From positions 1 through 64,000 of the forward strand of contig MCFE01000209.1 in the NCBI GenBank assembly GCA_002104905.1: DNA of 64,000 nucleotides. The letters are read 5' to 3'. Positions 1 through 14,100 of this stretch are shown in pieces. This DNA is from Basidiobolus meristosporus CBS 931.73. Its lineage: Eukaryota; Fungi; Basidiobolomycota. The number at the start of each line of letters is the position of its first letter. Position 1 is the stretch's first letter. Under the pieces are notes generated by a model. It was not told the DNA's origin, searched no databases, and saw only the letters and a program-made list of their open reading frames with translations. The position numbers were made by a program, and so were the translations under genes.

Positions 1-2635
1 CAAAATTCATGGGATAAAGCAAGAGACTACTCTACCATACTCCCCACAGCAAAATGGAGTAGCAGAACAAGCTAACAGATCAATAATTGATACGGCAAGA
101 TCTATGATCCATGATCAAAAATTATCCTATGATTTTTGGGCGGAATCAGTTACCACTGCTGTATATCTTAAAAATAGGAGTTATAACAGAATACTTTGTG
201 ATTCTACTCCATTTGAAGCATGGTATGGATACAGACCAAGTGCAGAACATCTAAGAATATTTGGGTGTACAGCATATGCCAAAATACTGGCCGGAAATCA
301 GTCAAAATTTGAGCCAAAAAGTGTAAAATGCATATTTTTGGGCTACTGCAATGAGAGTAAGGCATACAGACTCTACAATACTGAAGCAAAGAAGCTGATC
401 AAGTCCAGGGATGTGTTGTTTGATGAAAATTCAAAATTTTCACAAAAAATGACATCAGATGATGACAAAAATTTGATCTCAAGTCCACCAATTGTCAGGA
501 TTGAATCAGAGCAAAACAATGAAAATTTTTTCACTCCAGAGGACTCTACAACCGTGGTTCAGCCAGAATCAGTGCCCAGGAATATCCCAGAAGTGATCAT
601 TCCAGTATCAAATGCCCGGAGATCCAATCGGACAAGAAATAGCCCAAATTACTATATCAATGAGGGTACAAACTTAGCCTATGCCTATTCAGTCCATGTT
701 GATGAACCCCAGACTGTAAAAGAGGCCCTAAATAGCCCTCAGATGAAGTTTTGGAGATCTGCAATGACTGAGGAATATCAGGCACTGATGGAAAATCAAA
801 CTTGGAACTTAGTCAAATTACCAATCGACCGAAATCAATTGGATGCAGATGGGTCTTCAAGACAAAATACAAGGCTGATGGTACAATTGAAAGATACAAA
901 GCAAGACTTGTAGCCAAAGGATACTCTCAAACAAAAGGACTTGACTATACTGAGACCTTTGCACCGGTAGCCAAGTTTAATTCCATCAGATTAATATTGG
1001 CTATTGCAGCCAAATATAAGTTTTTTATTCATCAAATGGATGTAAAAACTGCATTTTTGAATGGAGAACTTGATGAGGACGTGTATATGGACCAGCCTGA
1101 TGGGTTTGTTGACCAAAATAACCCCCATTTGGTCTGCAAGCTTAAAAAGTCACTATATGGTCTCAAACAATCACCAAGAGCCTGGAATTGCAAGATAGAT
1201 TCTTATTTGGAATATTTGAGTTTCAAAAGGAGTAATGCTGACTATAGTATGTACTATAAGCCAGATAGAGCAAATTGAGTTCTATTAGCTCTATATGTGG
1301 ATGATCTTATTATAGCCGCCAATAACCTAGAAACATTGGAAGAGACTAAATCCAGCCTATCTAAGGAGTTCAAGATGTCTGATCTAGGAGAACTTAGTTA
1401 CTACTTAGGGATTAAGTTCTCCATAGACAGAAGTACCCAGACTATTACCCTAAGCCAATCCAAGTATATTCAAGATATACTAAAGAAGTACAACATGGAA
1501 GACTGTAAACCGGCAGCTACCCCAATGGAGACAAACCTTAACTTGGTCAAAACGCAACCAAATCAAGAGAGCTTGGTGCCATCTGAAAGCCCTGACTTTC
1601 CTTATCAATCTATGGTTGGCAGTCTGATGTATATCATGCTTGGAACACGTCCAGATATCTCATATTCAGTGGGAGTTGTCAGCCAACATAATCAGAATTA
1701 TGGATCTGATCATATTGCAGCAGTTAAGCGGATTTTTAGATACCTAAAAGAAACTGCTGATATCTGCTTAAGATACACTTATAAGGATTCAGAACAGGAT
1801 CTTGTGGGATACTCTGATGCTGATTGGGGACAAAATTTAGAAGACAGAAGATCCACCACAGGATACACCTTTCTTTACTGTAAAGGAGCAATTTCATGGA
1901 ATTCAAGAAAGCAACCAACCGTAGCACTTTCTACTACAGAGGCAGAGTATATGGCAGCCTGCAAAGCTACAAAAGAAGCAATGTGGCTAAGAAAGCTCTT
2001 TACAGATTTAGGCCTATGTCAAAAAACGCCTATTACTTTATTTCAAGATAATCAAGGATGTATACAATTAGGTAGAAATCCAACTTTTCATGCTAGAACC
2101 ATGCACATAGATATTAGACATCATTTCATACGTGAAGCTATAGAGAATAACTTAGTTAGCTTAGTTTACTGTCCTACAGATGAAATGATTGCAGACATAT
2201 TTACCAAACCATTAGCTAGAGACAAGTTTGAATATCTTAGGTCAAAATTAGGACTAGTCAGTATGAACATTTAGCTGAGTGGGAGTGTTGTAAAAATTTG
2301 TATTCTCCACCTAAATATTCACCTAACTTAGTCACTTAGATCATCACCTTCAAATCCTAGAGAATACTGACCAAATTCCTTGTCGGGATTTACTTAGAAT
2401 ATTTTCACCAAAATACCAGGTACCCAGAACATGAAAATTCTCAAAGTTGTCCAAACAGCCCCAAAATTTGCACACATGTTCTTGGGACCTTTCTTAACCT
2501 ATTCTACGTGTTTGTAATGCCAAGACCATGTAAAAGTATAAATACTACTTTTACATTCAATAAATCATTAAGTGAAAACCACATAATCTACTTGTTCTCC
2601 AAATCACTTCCAATATCTCCAAGACTCTTACAACA
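1..2635 (+). mobile_element. Ty1/copia LTR retrotransposon, 3' part (integrase C-terminus, RT, RNase H, PPT, 3' LTR); inactivated; runs off the left window edge
   Basis: ORFs 104-913, 802-1278 and 1297-2274 carry copia motifs (QNGVAE, KARLVAKG, QMDVKTAFLNG, YVDDL, YSDADW, ADIFTKPL) in the copia order integrase-RT-RNase H. There is a frameshift near 835 and an in-frame TGA at 1276-1278. PPT GAGTGGGAG at 2277-2285 precedes the LTR. Highly similar to 59857-62489. Confidence 0.97.
2286..2635 (+). repeat. 3' LTR (350 bp) of the left copia element
   Basis: Starts TGTTGTAA and ends TTACAACA (8-bp terminal inverted repeat). Directly follows the PPT. Nearly identical to the LTRs at 57810 and 62141. 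Followed by CATTG (candidate TSD; partner lies outside the window). Confidence 0.96.
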
Positions 2636-3423
2636 CATTGGTGGTTAATGGTCTCTCTGCTTGACTGCTTGTAGATGGTGCAACTTGTGTGGTTGTATCA
2701 GTAAAAACACCTTCAACTGAGGGTTTTGACATCAATCACCCCTCCAGAGTACTGCTCCTTAAAAGACTTGATAACATTTCTGCCATTAATGCTTGTGTTG
2801 AGTGGTGGAAATTATATTTGATTTGCATTTGGAGTCAATCATTCTTTTTTTTCAGATTATCTATTGTATGTTGCATTGTAATAATCTTTTGGCACATACT
2901 TTGCAAAATTTTTGTGGTGTGAAGTGGATGAGTATCTAGGAAGCTCTGTTTGCACCATAGCCAAAGCCTCCACAACTGGATTACTCCAACGTTATTTAGG
3001 GGTAAATCTCTCTACTTCTTCATTTACTTCCTGGGAATTGTCTGCTTGATCTTCTCCTCTTTCTTCAGGCCTCCGCCTTCTGTTAGTTCTTCTTTGTCTC
3101 CTATGCTGCATTAAATCAAACGTAACTGTATTTTCTGCTTCTGATGATCTTTTATCCATATTTTATGGAAACAAGTAATTTCCATCCTTCCTTTTGCTTG
3201 TCCACTACTTATTTTTTATAAATGTAATGGAGCATGAGTTTTACTCTTGAATTATTTATCTTTTAAGCAAGTCAAGATTTCACCATTTGGTGACTTTTCT
3301 CCCCTAACCCTCCCCTGCCATTCTTTCTAGGAATTTCTTCAGATTAACTTGGCTTCTTCAGATGCTGGTCATAAGTAAATAAAGATTCCAAATCCAGGTG
3401 GCTTTCATCTGCCTAACCCCAAG

Positions 3424-3771
3424 ACTTGCAAATTTTGTAATTACACCTAGATATCCACCTAATTTAGTTATTTAGGTCATTACTTTCAAAGCCTAGTGAG
3501 TTCTGGCCAAATTTCTTGTTGGGATTTACTTGGAATATTTACACCAAAATATCAGGTACCCAAAACATGCAATATCTTGAAGTAGACCAAGCAGCACCAC
3601 ACTTTGCACACATACTCCTGGGACCTTTGTGGACATATTGTACATGTTTGTTTTGCCAATATCATACAAAAGTACAAATACTACTTTTGCATTGAATAAG
3701 CCATTAAGTGAAAACCACATTTTCTACTTGTTCTCCCAATCACTTCTAATATTGCCAAAACTCTAACAGCA
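3424..3771 (+). repeat. Old, diverged solo LTR of the same copia family
   Basis: Collinear by eye with 2286-2635 over the whole length (e.g. GGGATTTACTTGGAATATT, CAGGTACCCA, TTAAGTGAAAACCACAT, CTACTTGTTCTCCCAATCACTTC). Termini are eroded and no internal domain follows. Confidence 0.85.
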
Positions 3772-5178
3772 ATCTTAACCACAAGTGCCATCTTAGGTAT
3801 TCTTATGTTCTGCGCATTTTACATTGTGGTTAGGTAGTTCAAGTACACCCAATCAAGAATTTGCATCAAAGATACTTTAGTTCATAAGTTATAATCCAGG
3901 TGAAATGCACAGCTATACAAGGAGCTATCTAACCAAATATAACCAACTTGGCTACCAGAATTCCCCCGCGTTCAACAAAAAATACAATATTACTTTGCAT
4001 TCGTGTCTATAGATTGAGTAAAGTATTTATGAAAGTTCGCTGCTATTGAAATAACCTACAGAATTGTATCGTCACCCCACTCCCATAGACTAAGTCTTCT
4101 TTTGAAGTAGGATTAATTCCAGTCAATACTTAACAATGCAGGGAGTGAGTGAGGTGACTACACTCGAGATGTTATATTAAAATAGCCATCATCACAAATA
4201 ACTGATGTAGTTGGCAGCATGGGGCGCATATTTCGTTGTAATACCCGATATTGTACTCCCCAAATAAGCCTTAGACTGTTGGAGAGACTGTACCGAGGCG
4301 AATGCTCGTTGAGTAAATAAGAACGGCTGTGCACTTACGGTCAATATTATGCTAGCTACCATATTGAGCGCTAGGTTGCCTTGGAGATAACTAGCAGTTT
4401 AGGCGTGTTCCAAAGTTCCATCAAGTAATTTTGGAAACTGCCATTGGCTCGAACAAGCACCCTATATGATAACTAGCTCAATCTGCAGGGTTAGAAGTGC
4501 CGATTAATCTTGGACCGATAAGCTTGTTTGCTTTTTGACCGTCTATGTAATGTTCTATTCGGAGAACAAATATCAGATTGGGCCAAAGATCCATAGGGCA
4601 TATATGTGCTCTGAGTAGTTTTATCCAGTTCATTAGGAACCTTTGGTGTGACGACACTGATTCTACATTTGCTACAAACTATACACAAGTTGCATCTTAC
4701 TTAGGATCGGGCAGTTTCAACATAATTGTTGTAGGCAAGTGATTGTTCCATCTATCGTATAACTGGCTGGAGGTTTTAGTATGCAAGGCTAAGTCACGGA
4801 ATACTGCTGATTTTAACACTGATCCACGCCACATACTATTAAACAAGGTCGGGGTTTGATCAAGTAAAATATTCACAGTCACCAAGTCTTTTCATAGATG
4901 CTAATGATCAGACGAGGGTGTAAAATGGATAGCGTGCTTGAATGCGATTAAAATTCGGGCCCCTTGATGATAGAGCAATTTGCATAGCACCAGGTTGCTT
5001 ATTTAGCATGTAAAGGAAATACTCGTCTCAATTGGTTCATCGGCCAACTGAATCTCTCTGTTCTGCATCAAGATGCGGGCATTTAGACTCTTTAGTCATT
5101 GTTGCACTCCCATAAATAAGCCATGGCAACCAAACCTCTCCCCACCACCAACAACAAGAAGTCCTTCTATATTCACCC

Positions 5179-8100
5179 ATGACTGGCATCTGTCAATTCC
5201 CATATTTGTTAACCGGTGATTTCGAGCACAACACTGCCATGGCCGGATTTCTTGTTAGTGAACTCAAGGCAATTGATTTAAGTATCTTACACCAGCATGC
5301 GACTCTGAAAGGGATTAATGGCATTGAAAAATCTCTGGTGTATGCTACATGGATGATTATGCTGAACCTGTACACCGGGAACTCAGACATTACTTTTGGA
5401 GTGAACCTTCCTCATCCTCAGGTATCAATGTTGCTGGGAGATTTACATATTTTCCAGTCAACATATGACCAGGAAATCGCCGAACTCAATGTTAGCTGCT
5501 GGCTGAAGCGCCTAGCACTTATCCAAACCCCATCGTCTCTCAGTTTTGTCGACTTTAATATAGAAACTGCTAGTAACTTTAACACTTGTGTCATCTTCTC
5601 AGATCGACAAGCTCCCATAGATGCCTTCAATTTCAAGGTAATTCATTGCAAATGTGTGAAGCCCCAATTGCTAATACTGACACTTTCCGCTTTAATAAGC
5701 AATTTGCCATCTGTCTAGAAGTATACCAAGCTGAAGATAGCGCCGCTATTCGCATGACCTTTGCAAATAGCCATATTCAGCAAGACCAGGGGATACTGAT
5801 TGTCGACCAGTTTATTCATATTGCTAGAACGTTACTAAACAATCTTGATGCACCCTTGAATACTCTCAATTGGACCCCAGAAAACGAAAAGCACTTACTC
5901 TTGACCGAATGGCAGCAAGGCAAGTCGGATTATGTCCGAGTGCTTGATGATAGCTGCATTCATCATCTGATCGAAGAGCAAGTCAAGAAGACGCCGGACA
6001 ATATTGCACTCCAATTCGAGGACAAAGAACTGGTCACATACTCGGAGCTAAACAAACGAGCCAATAAGCTTGCGCATTCTCTAATCAAGCTTGGTGTGCA
6101 ACTTGACAACGTGGTACCGTTATGCATCGACAAGTCCATCAATATGGTGGTTGCCATACTGGCGGTCCTTAAGGCCGGAGCTGCCTATGTGCCCCTCGAT
6201 CCAGAATACCCAAAGGATCGGATTCGTTTCATCGTACGAGATACAAGTGCAAAAGTTTGTATCACCACAAGCAACTTGCAGAGTACGTTTGCTGAGGGGC
6301 ACAGTCTTCAATTACTAATCGTGGATGAGTTCGATTTTGGTAGTAGTGAAAGATCGGAACTGAACCCCGTCATCCCTGGATTGAAGTCCTCGAATCTTTG
6401 CTACCTAATATTCACCTCGGGCTCCACTGGGAAGCCAAAAGGAGTCATGCTAGAGCATCGTTGCGTCGTTAATTACGTAGCTGCTCACCAGAAGATTCTG
6501 AATTTGACCATGGATGATCGATTCCTCCAGTTCGCCAACTACACCTTTGATGCATCCATACTTGATCTGTTTGTGAATCTGATCACTGGATCCCGTCTAT
6601 GCTTGGCATCCAAGAACAATTTGCTAACAAATCTCTCCGGAATGATGAACCTGATGAATGTTACCGCGGCACAGCTTACTACGACCGTAGCTTCCTTGGT
6701 GGATCCAAATTCTGTACCTACGCTCAAGCTACTTCAGCAAGGTGGTGAAATGCTGACCAGATCCGTTAGAGATGCCTGGGCTAGCAAAGTCAAGTTACAC
6801 AATGGCTACGGGCCGACCGAAACCGCCGTATACACCATTATCAAGGAGTCGGTGCAGCAATCCACCTCATGCGCAAATATTGGGTGGCCCATTGGTCGTA
6901 GTAAGGTTCTCATCCTGAATGACAAGTTGGAGCTGATCCCATTGGGAGCAGTAGGTGAGCTTTGCATTGGTGGGCCACAACTTGCCCGAGGATATCTTAA
7001 TCGACCCGATCTGACGGAAAAAAGCTTTGTCAGCTCTCCGTTTAATCATGGTGAACGTTTGTACAGAACGGGAGATCTGGGAAGATTCAATCCTGATGGC
7101 TCGATCACCATCCTTGGGCGTAAGGATAACCAAGTCAAGTTGAACGGGCTAAGAATAGAAATAGAAGAAATAGAACATGTATTGAATCAATCTCCTGTGG
7201 TTAACCGCGTATCCGTCAGACTGTTGGATCGGAAATCGAAGACATCTAAGGCGAGTAAAGTGCTGGTGGCTTTCGTAACTCTCATCAACAAAATGTCGGA
7301 TGAAGAGTCAGTATCGGTTCTGGAATTGAAAGACTGCCCAGAAGTGAGTCAAATACAAGAGTCAGTTCGGAACCAGCTTCCACCATATATGGTGCCCACA
7401 ATGTGGGTGCCACTGACAAAGATGCCCATCAATACTAGTGGAAAAACTGACTTGAAAACTTTAGAACTCTTGTATACAAGCCTCGAAATTGTCCAAGAAG
7501 TCAAGGAGGCCAAAGACATGCCTACCTCTACTATGGAAAAACTACTGCAGGAGGTTTGGGGAGAGGTGCTGAATGTTGAAAAATCCGCCATTGGCACTGG
7601 TGATTCATTCTATCACTTGGGTGGCGACTCCATTTCCGCTATCCAAATATCCGCCCAATGTCGTCAAAGCGGTGTGGAAGTGTCTGTCCAGAGCATATTA
7701 CAACATCCCACCATCCGTCAGCTGGTAAACTATGCTCAGTTCACAACATTGGCTTTAGAGAAGCAGAGTATAGAGGAGGATGAGAACGATTGGAATGATA
7801 TTCCGTTCACCCCAATTCAGCACCAATTCTTCGGCATGACCCAGCCTGAAGTCAATCACTTCCATTTGTCGTGGTTGGTGAGTGTGAAGCATCCAATCGA
7901 GCTTTCTGCGCTCAGAGGCGCATTATTCGAGCTGATTAACCACCATGATATGCTCAGGACTCGTTTCACCCAAGAACCAGGTCGCTGGAGACAATGGTTG
8001 GCTTCCAACGAACAGACTAATTTCGAGGTGCAGCGTCACCAAGTCACTGGTGTGGAGGAGCTGAAGTCAAGTGTTCTGAAAATACAACGAAGTCTAAACC

Positions 8101-11100
8101 TTGAGACTGGTCCAGTATCATCGTTCGCGATCTATGATCTACCATCCGGTGATCAGCTGTTATTCATGACCATCCATCACTACATCATTGATCTTGTTTC
8201 GTGGCGTATCTTTTGGGAGGATCTAGAGAAGTTACTGAGTGGACAGTCCTTGTCGTACAAAACACTGTCATTCAGAAAGTGGAGTAAGCTGCTTCAAAAG
8301 CATGCTGAGACCTTGACAGTTGAGGATTGGCCGCAACAAGCGCCAATCGAGCCGTTAGATATTGATATGTCCAAGCTTCATCTGAACACAATGGAAACGG
8401 TGGAAACATTATCCTTCACCCTAGATAGTGAGCATACCACTCTACTCTTCGGCAGAAGTAATGATGCTTACGGTACGGAGGCCGTTGACTTCATGCTTTC
8501 CACTCTTGCTACCTCTTATTGTGATGTGTTCCAGACCAATTCCATTACCTTTGCTACGGAAGGCCACGGGCGTGAGCCGTGGGATGACTCCATCGATGTG
8601 TCCAGGACAATTGGCTGGTTCACTTCCATTTATCCAGTCACCATCCAGAGAAAACATGGTGATTCACTGATAGATGTACTGAAGCAGACGAAGGACACTC
8701 GTCGAGCAATTCCTAATCACGGATTGGACTATGGGCTTCTTCGTTATCTAAACTCAGAGATATCCTCTAAATTTAGTAACGATTGTTTCCAGGTTGGCTT
8801 CAACTATTTCGGGCGATTCCAGCATTTGGAGAAGGGTCGCTCTCTGTTTCAACAAGCAGAGGAGCAGTATACATTTGACTTGAATATGATTGGCCCCAAG
8901 TGGAGAAGAATGAATGCAATCGAAGTTGAAGTCACGATTCAACGTGACGATCTGAGTGCCTCGATATCTTACAGCAACAAGCTACATCATGAGAAGCAGA
9001 TCATCCAATGGCTGCAGAGATGGAAGAGGGATTTGATGGAGGTTGTCCAGATTAGTGCCAGCAAGAAGAAGAGAGAACTGACCGTCTCAGATATCCCATT
9101 GCTCCACCTCCATGCCCATCAATTGAACGGATTGTTGGAAGACGTCGAAGCAAAATATGGAGGCGAGTTCTTGCAAAATATAGAAGACATGTATCCCTGT
9201 TCCTCGATGCAGGAGGGCCTGATCGTTGGAAATGCCCGCTCAGCCTCATCGTATCATGTTCAAGATGTATATACTCTGCCCGATGGAGTAGACGAGGATC
9301 GGTTAGTCTCAGCCTGGAGATGCACTGTCAATGACCTACCCATACTGCGAACTGTATTCATAGATAGTTCCATCTCTTCAGTCACCTTAGGAGCATACAT
9401 CCAAGTCGTCCTGCGACATCTCGATGTCGATTTCCAGCATATATGTCCAGGGAATCAAGATGATGATGCTGTACTGAATCAATACCTTGAAGACGATGTA
9501 GCCAAAGGATTTCCACTAGGCCAGCCTAACATACGATTATGCTTGATACGAGGTGAGAAGAATCGGATGGTTATTAGTCGCCATCATGCAATCAATGATG
9601 GTTGGTCCGATAAAATCACTATGGCTTACTTGGAAGCCGTCATCAACAATACTTCAAGACCGCCTGTCATCCCCTACAAAGATTACATTTCTTATTGCAT
9701 GAAGCAGAACGACTCATTTAGCAACGAAGCGGGTGCTGAATACTGGTCAACCTATCTAGCTGGTGCTGATGCCAGCACCTTTCCCAAGCTTGGTAACACA
9801 AATGCCCAAGCTGCGCACCACCAATTTGAATTTAGATCACAAATTCCCATGCGGGTGTTGAAGGACTTTTCAAAGGGGGCCGGTATAACTATGCTCACCT
9901 TAATTCAGGCAGCTTGGGGAATAGTCCTGCAGCCCTATTACGGAAAGGAGGACTTTGTATATGGTGTGCTCACCAATGGCCGCAATATTTCCATGAAGCA
10001 GATCAATCACGTTGTCGGGCCGTGCATTAGCACCACTCCATTAAGAGTTCAATGTCATCCGAGCACCAAAATCATGGATTGGCTACGATCACTGCATCAA
10101 AGCATGGTGGCCCGGATTCCATACGAGCATTGTGGCTTGAGACTGATTAAGCAATGGTGCAAACTGAATAATTCTCCGGTCGACTTCGATGCTATTCTGA
10201 ACTTTCAGTTGTCCGAGAAAGATGATTCAAAGCAAAAGGCGATCTTCGAAATCGAGAGAATAGTCGAGCCGACCGAGTATAGACTTTGTCTTAACGCATG
10301 GACAGAAGGAGATGAGCTTGCTTTTAGATTGGATTTTGACAATGCTACACTGACCAGTCATCTGGCCAATTACCTTTTGGATCGCTTAGAGGCTGTGATT
10401 GGCGGCATTGTCATTGCTGATAGTGGATCTACCATTGCTGATATTCCATATATGTCAAATGCTGAGCGTAACCTGATCCAATCATTCGCAACTGGTTGCA
10501 ATCAAATAGATTCCACTTCAGGATGTCTGCACCACTTATTTGAGAAACAGGTGGTCAAAACACCCAACAACATTGCAATCCGCTATGGGAGTGATCAGAT
10601 TCTTACCTACGATGACTTGAACAAGCAATCCAATCGGTTGGCCCACTACTTGGTTAGTCAAGGGGTTAGACCAGAATCGATGGTGATGCTTTGCCTGGAC
10701 AAATCTATTGAAATGATAGTGGCTATGCTGGCGGTGCTTAAAGCGGGCGGTGCGTACATACCAATAGACCCAACAAGCCCTGTAGAGCGATCCAGGTTTG
10801 TACAGAAGGAAACGGGGGCATCGGTTGTAATTACAGTAAACTTGCACAAGGAGAGATTCGAAGATATCACTCTGGTGTTAATTGACAGCGAAATTAGTGC
10901 ATTCCGCAACTACTCCTCTGAAAATCTGGACAGGGGCGAGGTCGCCGAAAACAATCTATGCTATGTGTTGTACACATCAGGCTCTACCGGGACGCCGAAA
11001 GGGGTGATGTTAGAACATTCAGCTGTGGTCAATTTCATTCATGCCATCAACGAAGTGTGCCAACTCACTTACAGCGATACCTTTCTCCAATTTGCCAACT

Positions 11101-14100
11101 ACACATTTGATGCTTCAGTATTCGAGATATATGCACCACTTGCAGTTGGTGCATCAATAGGGATCACTCGGATGAATCACCTGCTGGCTAATCTAGACGA
11201 ATGGATCAACAAGCTCAAGGTCACCTTTCTGATGCTGACACCAACGATTGCCACAATGATTGATCCGCTTAAAGTACCTTCGGTCAGACGAGTTTTGTTG
11301 GGCGGTGAAATGATGACCACTACGGTTCGAAACATATGGCTACCCCATGTGGAGATACATAATGCCTATGGCCCAACAGAATCGGCTGTTATGATGACGA
11401 TCAATCCTGAAGTACACTCAAATACTTCGTGCTCGAATATCGGAAAAGCAGTTGGCAACAACAGAATATATATTCTTAGTGCCGATCGCCGCCCAGTTCC
11501 GCTTGGAGTTGTTGGAGAGCTTTGTGTTGCTGGACCGCAATTGGCTCGAGGCTATCTCAACAGATCAGATCTAACTGAGAAGGCGTTTGTGACTGGCCTA
11601 TTCGTGTCGGAAGAACGTTTATACAGAAGTGGAGATCTTGCTCGATTCAATGTCGATGGATCCGTGGAGCTTATTGGAAGAATAGACAACCAGGTCAAGA
11701 TCCACGGGTTACGAATCGAATTAGATGAGATAGAGCATGTACTCCACGAACACTCCAGAGTAGCCAGAGCTTGCGTGATTCCCTTGATCACCGATGAGAG
11801 TACCAATCATAAGTCATTGGCCGCTTTCATTACCTTCCATGGCCTAATTGAGAGTAGCCTGCCTATATGCACGCCTGATGGGCCAAAGAGCGAATTGTTC
11901 TCTTCGTATGTCAACGAGGCCAGGTCGCTCGCTCGTAAGAAACTGCCTTCGTATATGGTACCTACCATCTGGATTCCGCTCAATAGAATGCCATTTACGA
12001 CGAGCGAGAAGATTGATCGAAAACATTTGGCATCGTTATATGCCAGCCTAAGTAAAAATGATCTGAAGCTACTGAATCTTGTTGATAATGCCGGCCATGT
12101 TGGAGCTAGGTCGGATTCGGAGGAATCCTGGGCCAAGTTATGGTCATCAGTTCTCAATGTTCCATCTGCTGCTATAGGGGTCCACGATTCGTTCTTCAAC
12201 ATCGGTGGTGATTCAATCTTAGCGGTACGACTAGCAGGTGCTGCTCATAAGGCTGGGTTTGCATTCACAGTGCAGGATCTATACACTTACCCAACCATTG
12301 CTGAGATTGCTGATAATATTGTCACAATCGACTCCGATGCTGTTGAGCCCAAATCAATAGCAAAGTACTCCCTACTGCGCCTGGAACAACATCAGTTTGA
12401 CAAGTTGGTTGAGTGTGATCTCTCACAGCATGGTATTGATATTGAGGAGGTGGAAGATATATATCCCTGCTCGCCAATGCAAGAGGCTCTAATGGCGCTT
12501 AGTTTTAAAGACGACTCCAGCTATTTAACCCAGCAGGTGTATAAATGCGGGCCTGATCTTAACCTTGAAAGGCTTCAGTCTGCTTGGAAGGCAGTAATCG
12601 ATGCAAATCCTATACTCCGGACAGTGATTCTATTCACAAATAGTGGTCTCACCCATTTAAACGGCCTGCAAGTTGTAGTTGGCAGCGGTAATGTTGACTG
12701 GCATGTCAAGGATTTCCAAGATGAAAGGTCGCTTGAAGAGCATCTACCCAAGGTTTTATCAGAGGATCAAGCACGAGGAATATCTGCAGGAAAGCCATTG
12801 ATTCGGTTCAAGGTATTGACCACTATAGGCACAGCAACATACTTCATATGGACTATCCACCATGCGCTCTATGACGGCTGGTCTATGGGTCAAATAGTCA
12901 CTGACGTGATTACTGCTTATGAAGGCCTCGAAGTGGCTTTGCGCCCAACTTACAGTCTGTACATCGATCATCTTCTGAGTCAAGATAAGCAACGGTCTCT
13001 GGACTATTGGTCTGAAACACTTCGCTCGGTGCAAGTTACTCACTTAGCTAGATCAACTGCGCTTCATCAGTCAGTTCAATCACGAGCCAGATATATCGAA
13101 ATTATCGATATTGATTTCGCTAAAGTTACTGGTGTCTATAATATCACAGCAGCCACGATCGCATACCTGGCATGGGCGCTTGTCCTAAAATCGTATACTG
13201 GTAACCCGGATGTGGTGTTTGGAGCAGTGAATTCAGGAAGGAATATTCCCTTACAAGATATACAAGATATCTGTGGGCCTTGTATCACTACCCTTCCAAT
13301 GCGGATCACTCTCTCAGACAACCTGTCACTTTTAGATCTGCTGCTGTCCATACAGAATGCTCAAAATCAACAACATCATTATCAGTCCATCGGTCTACAA
13401 GATATACTTAAACACTGCTGGGACAGTGGTGAAAGCTCATTGTTCGATTCACTATTTGTAGTTCAAAACGTCCGCGATGAAGATACCACTGTAGGCCTCT
13501 CTGCAATTGGACTACATCAATTGGAGGCAACTATGCATATTTCCTACCCTATAGTGATGGAAGTTTGTGCCAACGGAACCTCCCACGAGATCGGCCTCAC
13601 ATACGATACGCAGACAGTGACAGAGTTTGAAGCATCATGGATAGTTAAGCATTTTATTGAAGCGATTAATGTTGTTCTCAAGCAGGTCCACAACATAGTG
13701 AGCGATGTCGATATCGTTACTTCAGAGGAGCTTTGTCTGTTAGAGAGCTGGGATGACACAAAGGACACTGCACAACGATTGTGTTGTGTCCATGAGCTAT
13801 TTGAGAAAAGGGTATTAATTCATCCTGATCAGCAAGCAGTTCAATTCGAGAGCTCTGAAAGTGTCACCTATAATGAGCTGAACATTAGGGCTAACCAGTT
13901 GGCGCACCATTTGATCAAGCTTGGAGTTCGTCCTGACTCGATAGTACCATTGTGCCTGGACAAGTCGATCGTGATGATAGTGGCAATGCTTGCCGTCCTC
14001 AAAGCCGGTGGTGCTTATGTTCCCCTTGACCCGAACAATCCTGTGGAGCGCAGCAGATTCATTATCGAGGAAACAAAGGCCGAGGTGGTGTTGACAACGG

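Noticed and set aside
1-2635. Repeat-induced point mutation (RIP) as the cause of TE decay
   Set aside because: The differences seen are mainly at CpG in both directions. The elements retain abundant CpA/TpG and are not TpA-saturated.
7150-7175. ATAGAA-type short tandem repeat in the NRPS
   Set aside because: It simply encodes RIEIEEIEH of the conserved A8 motif.
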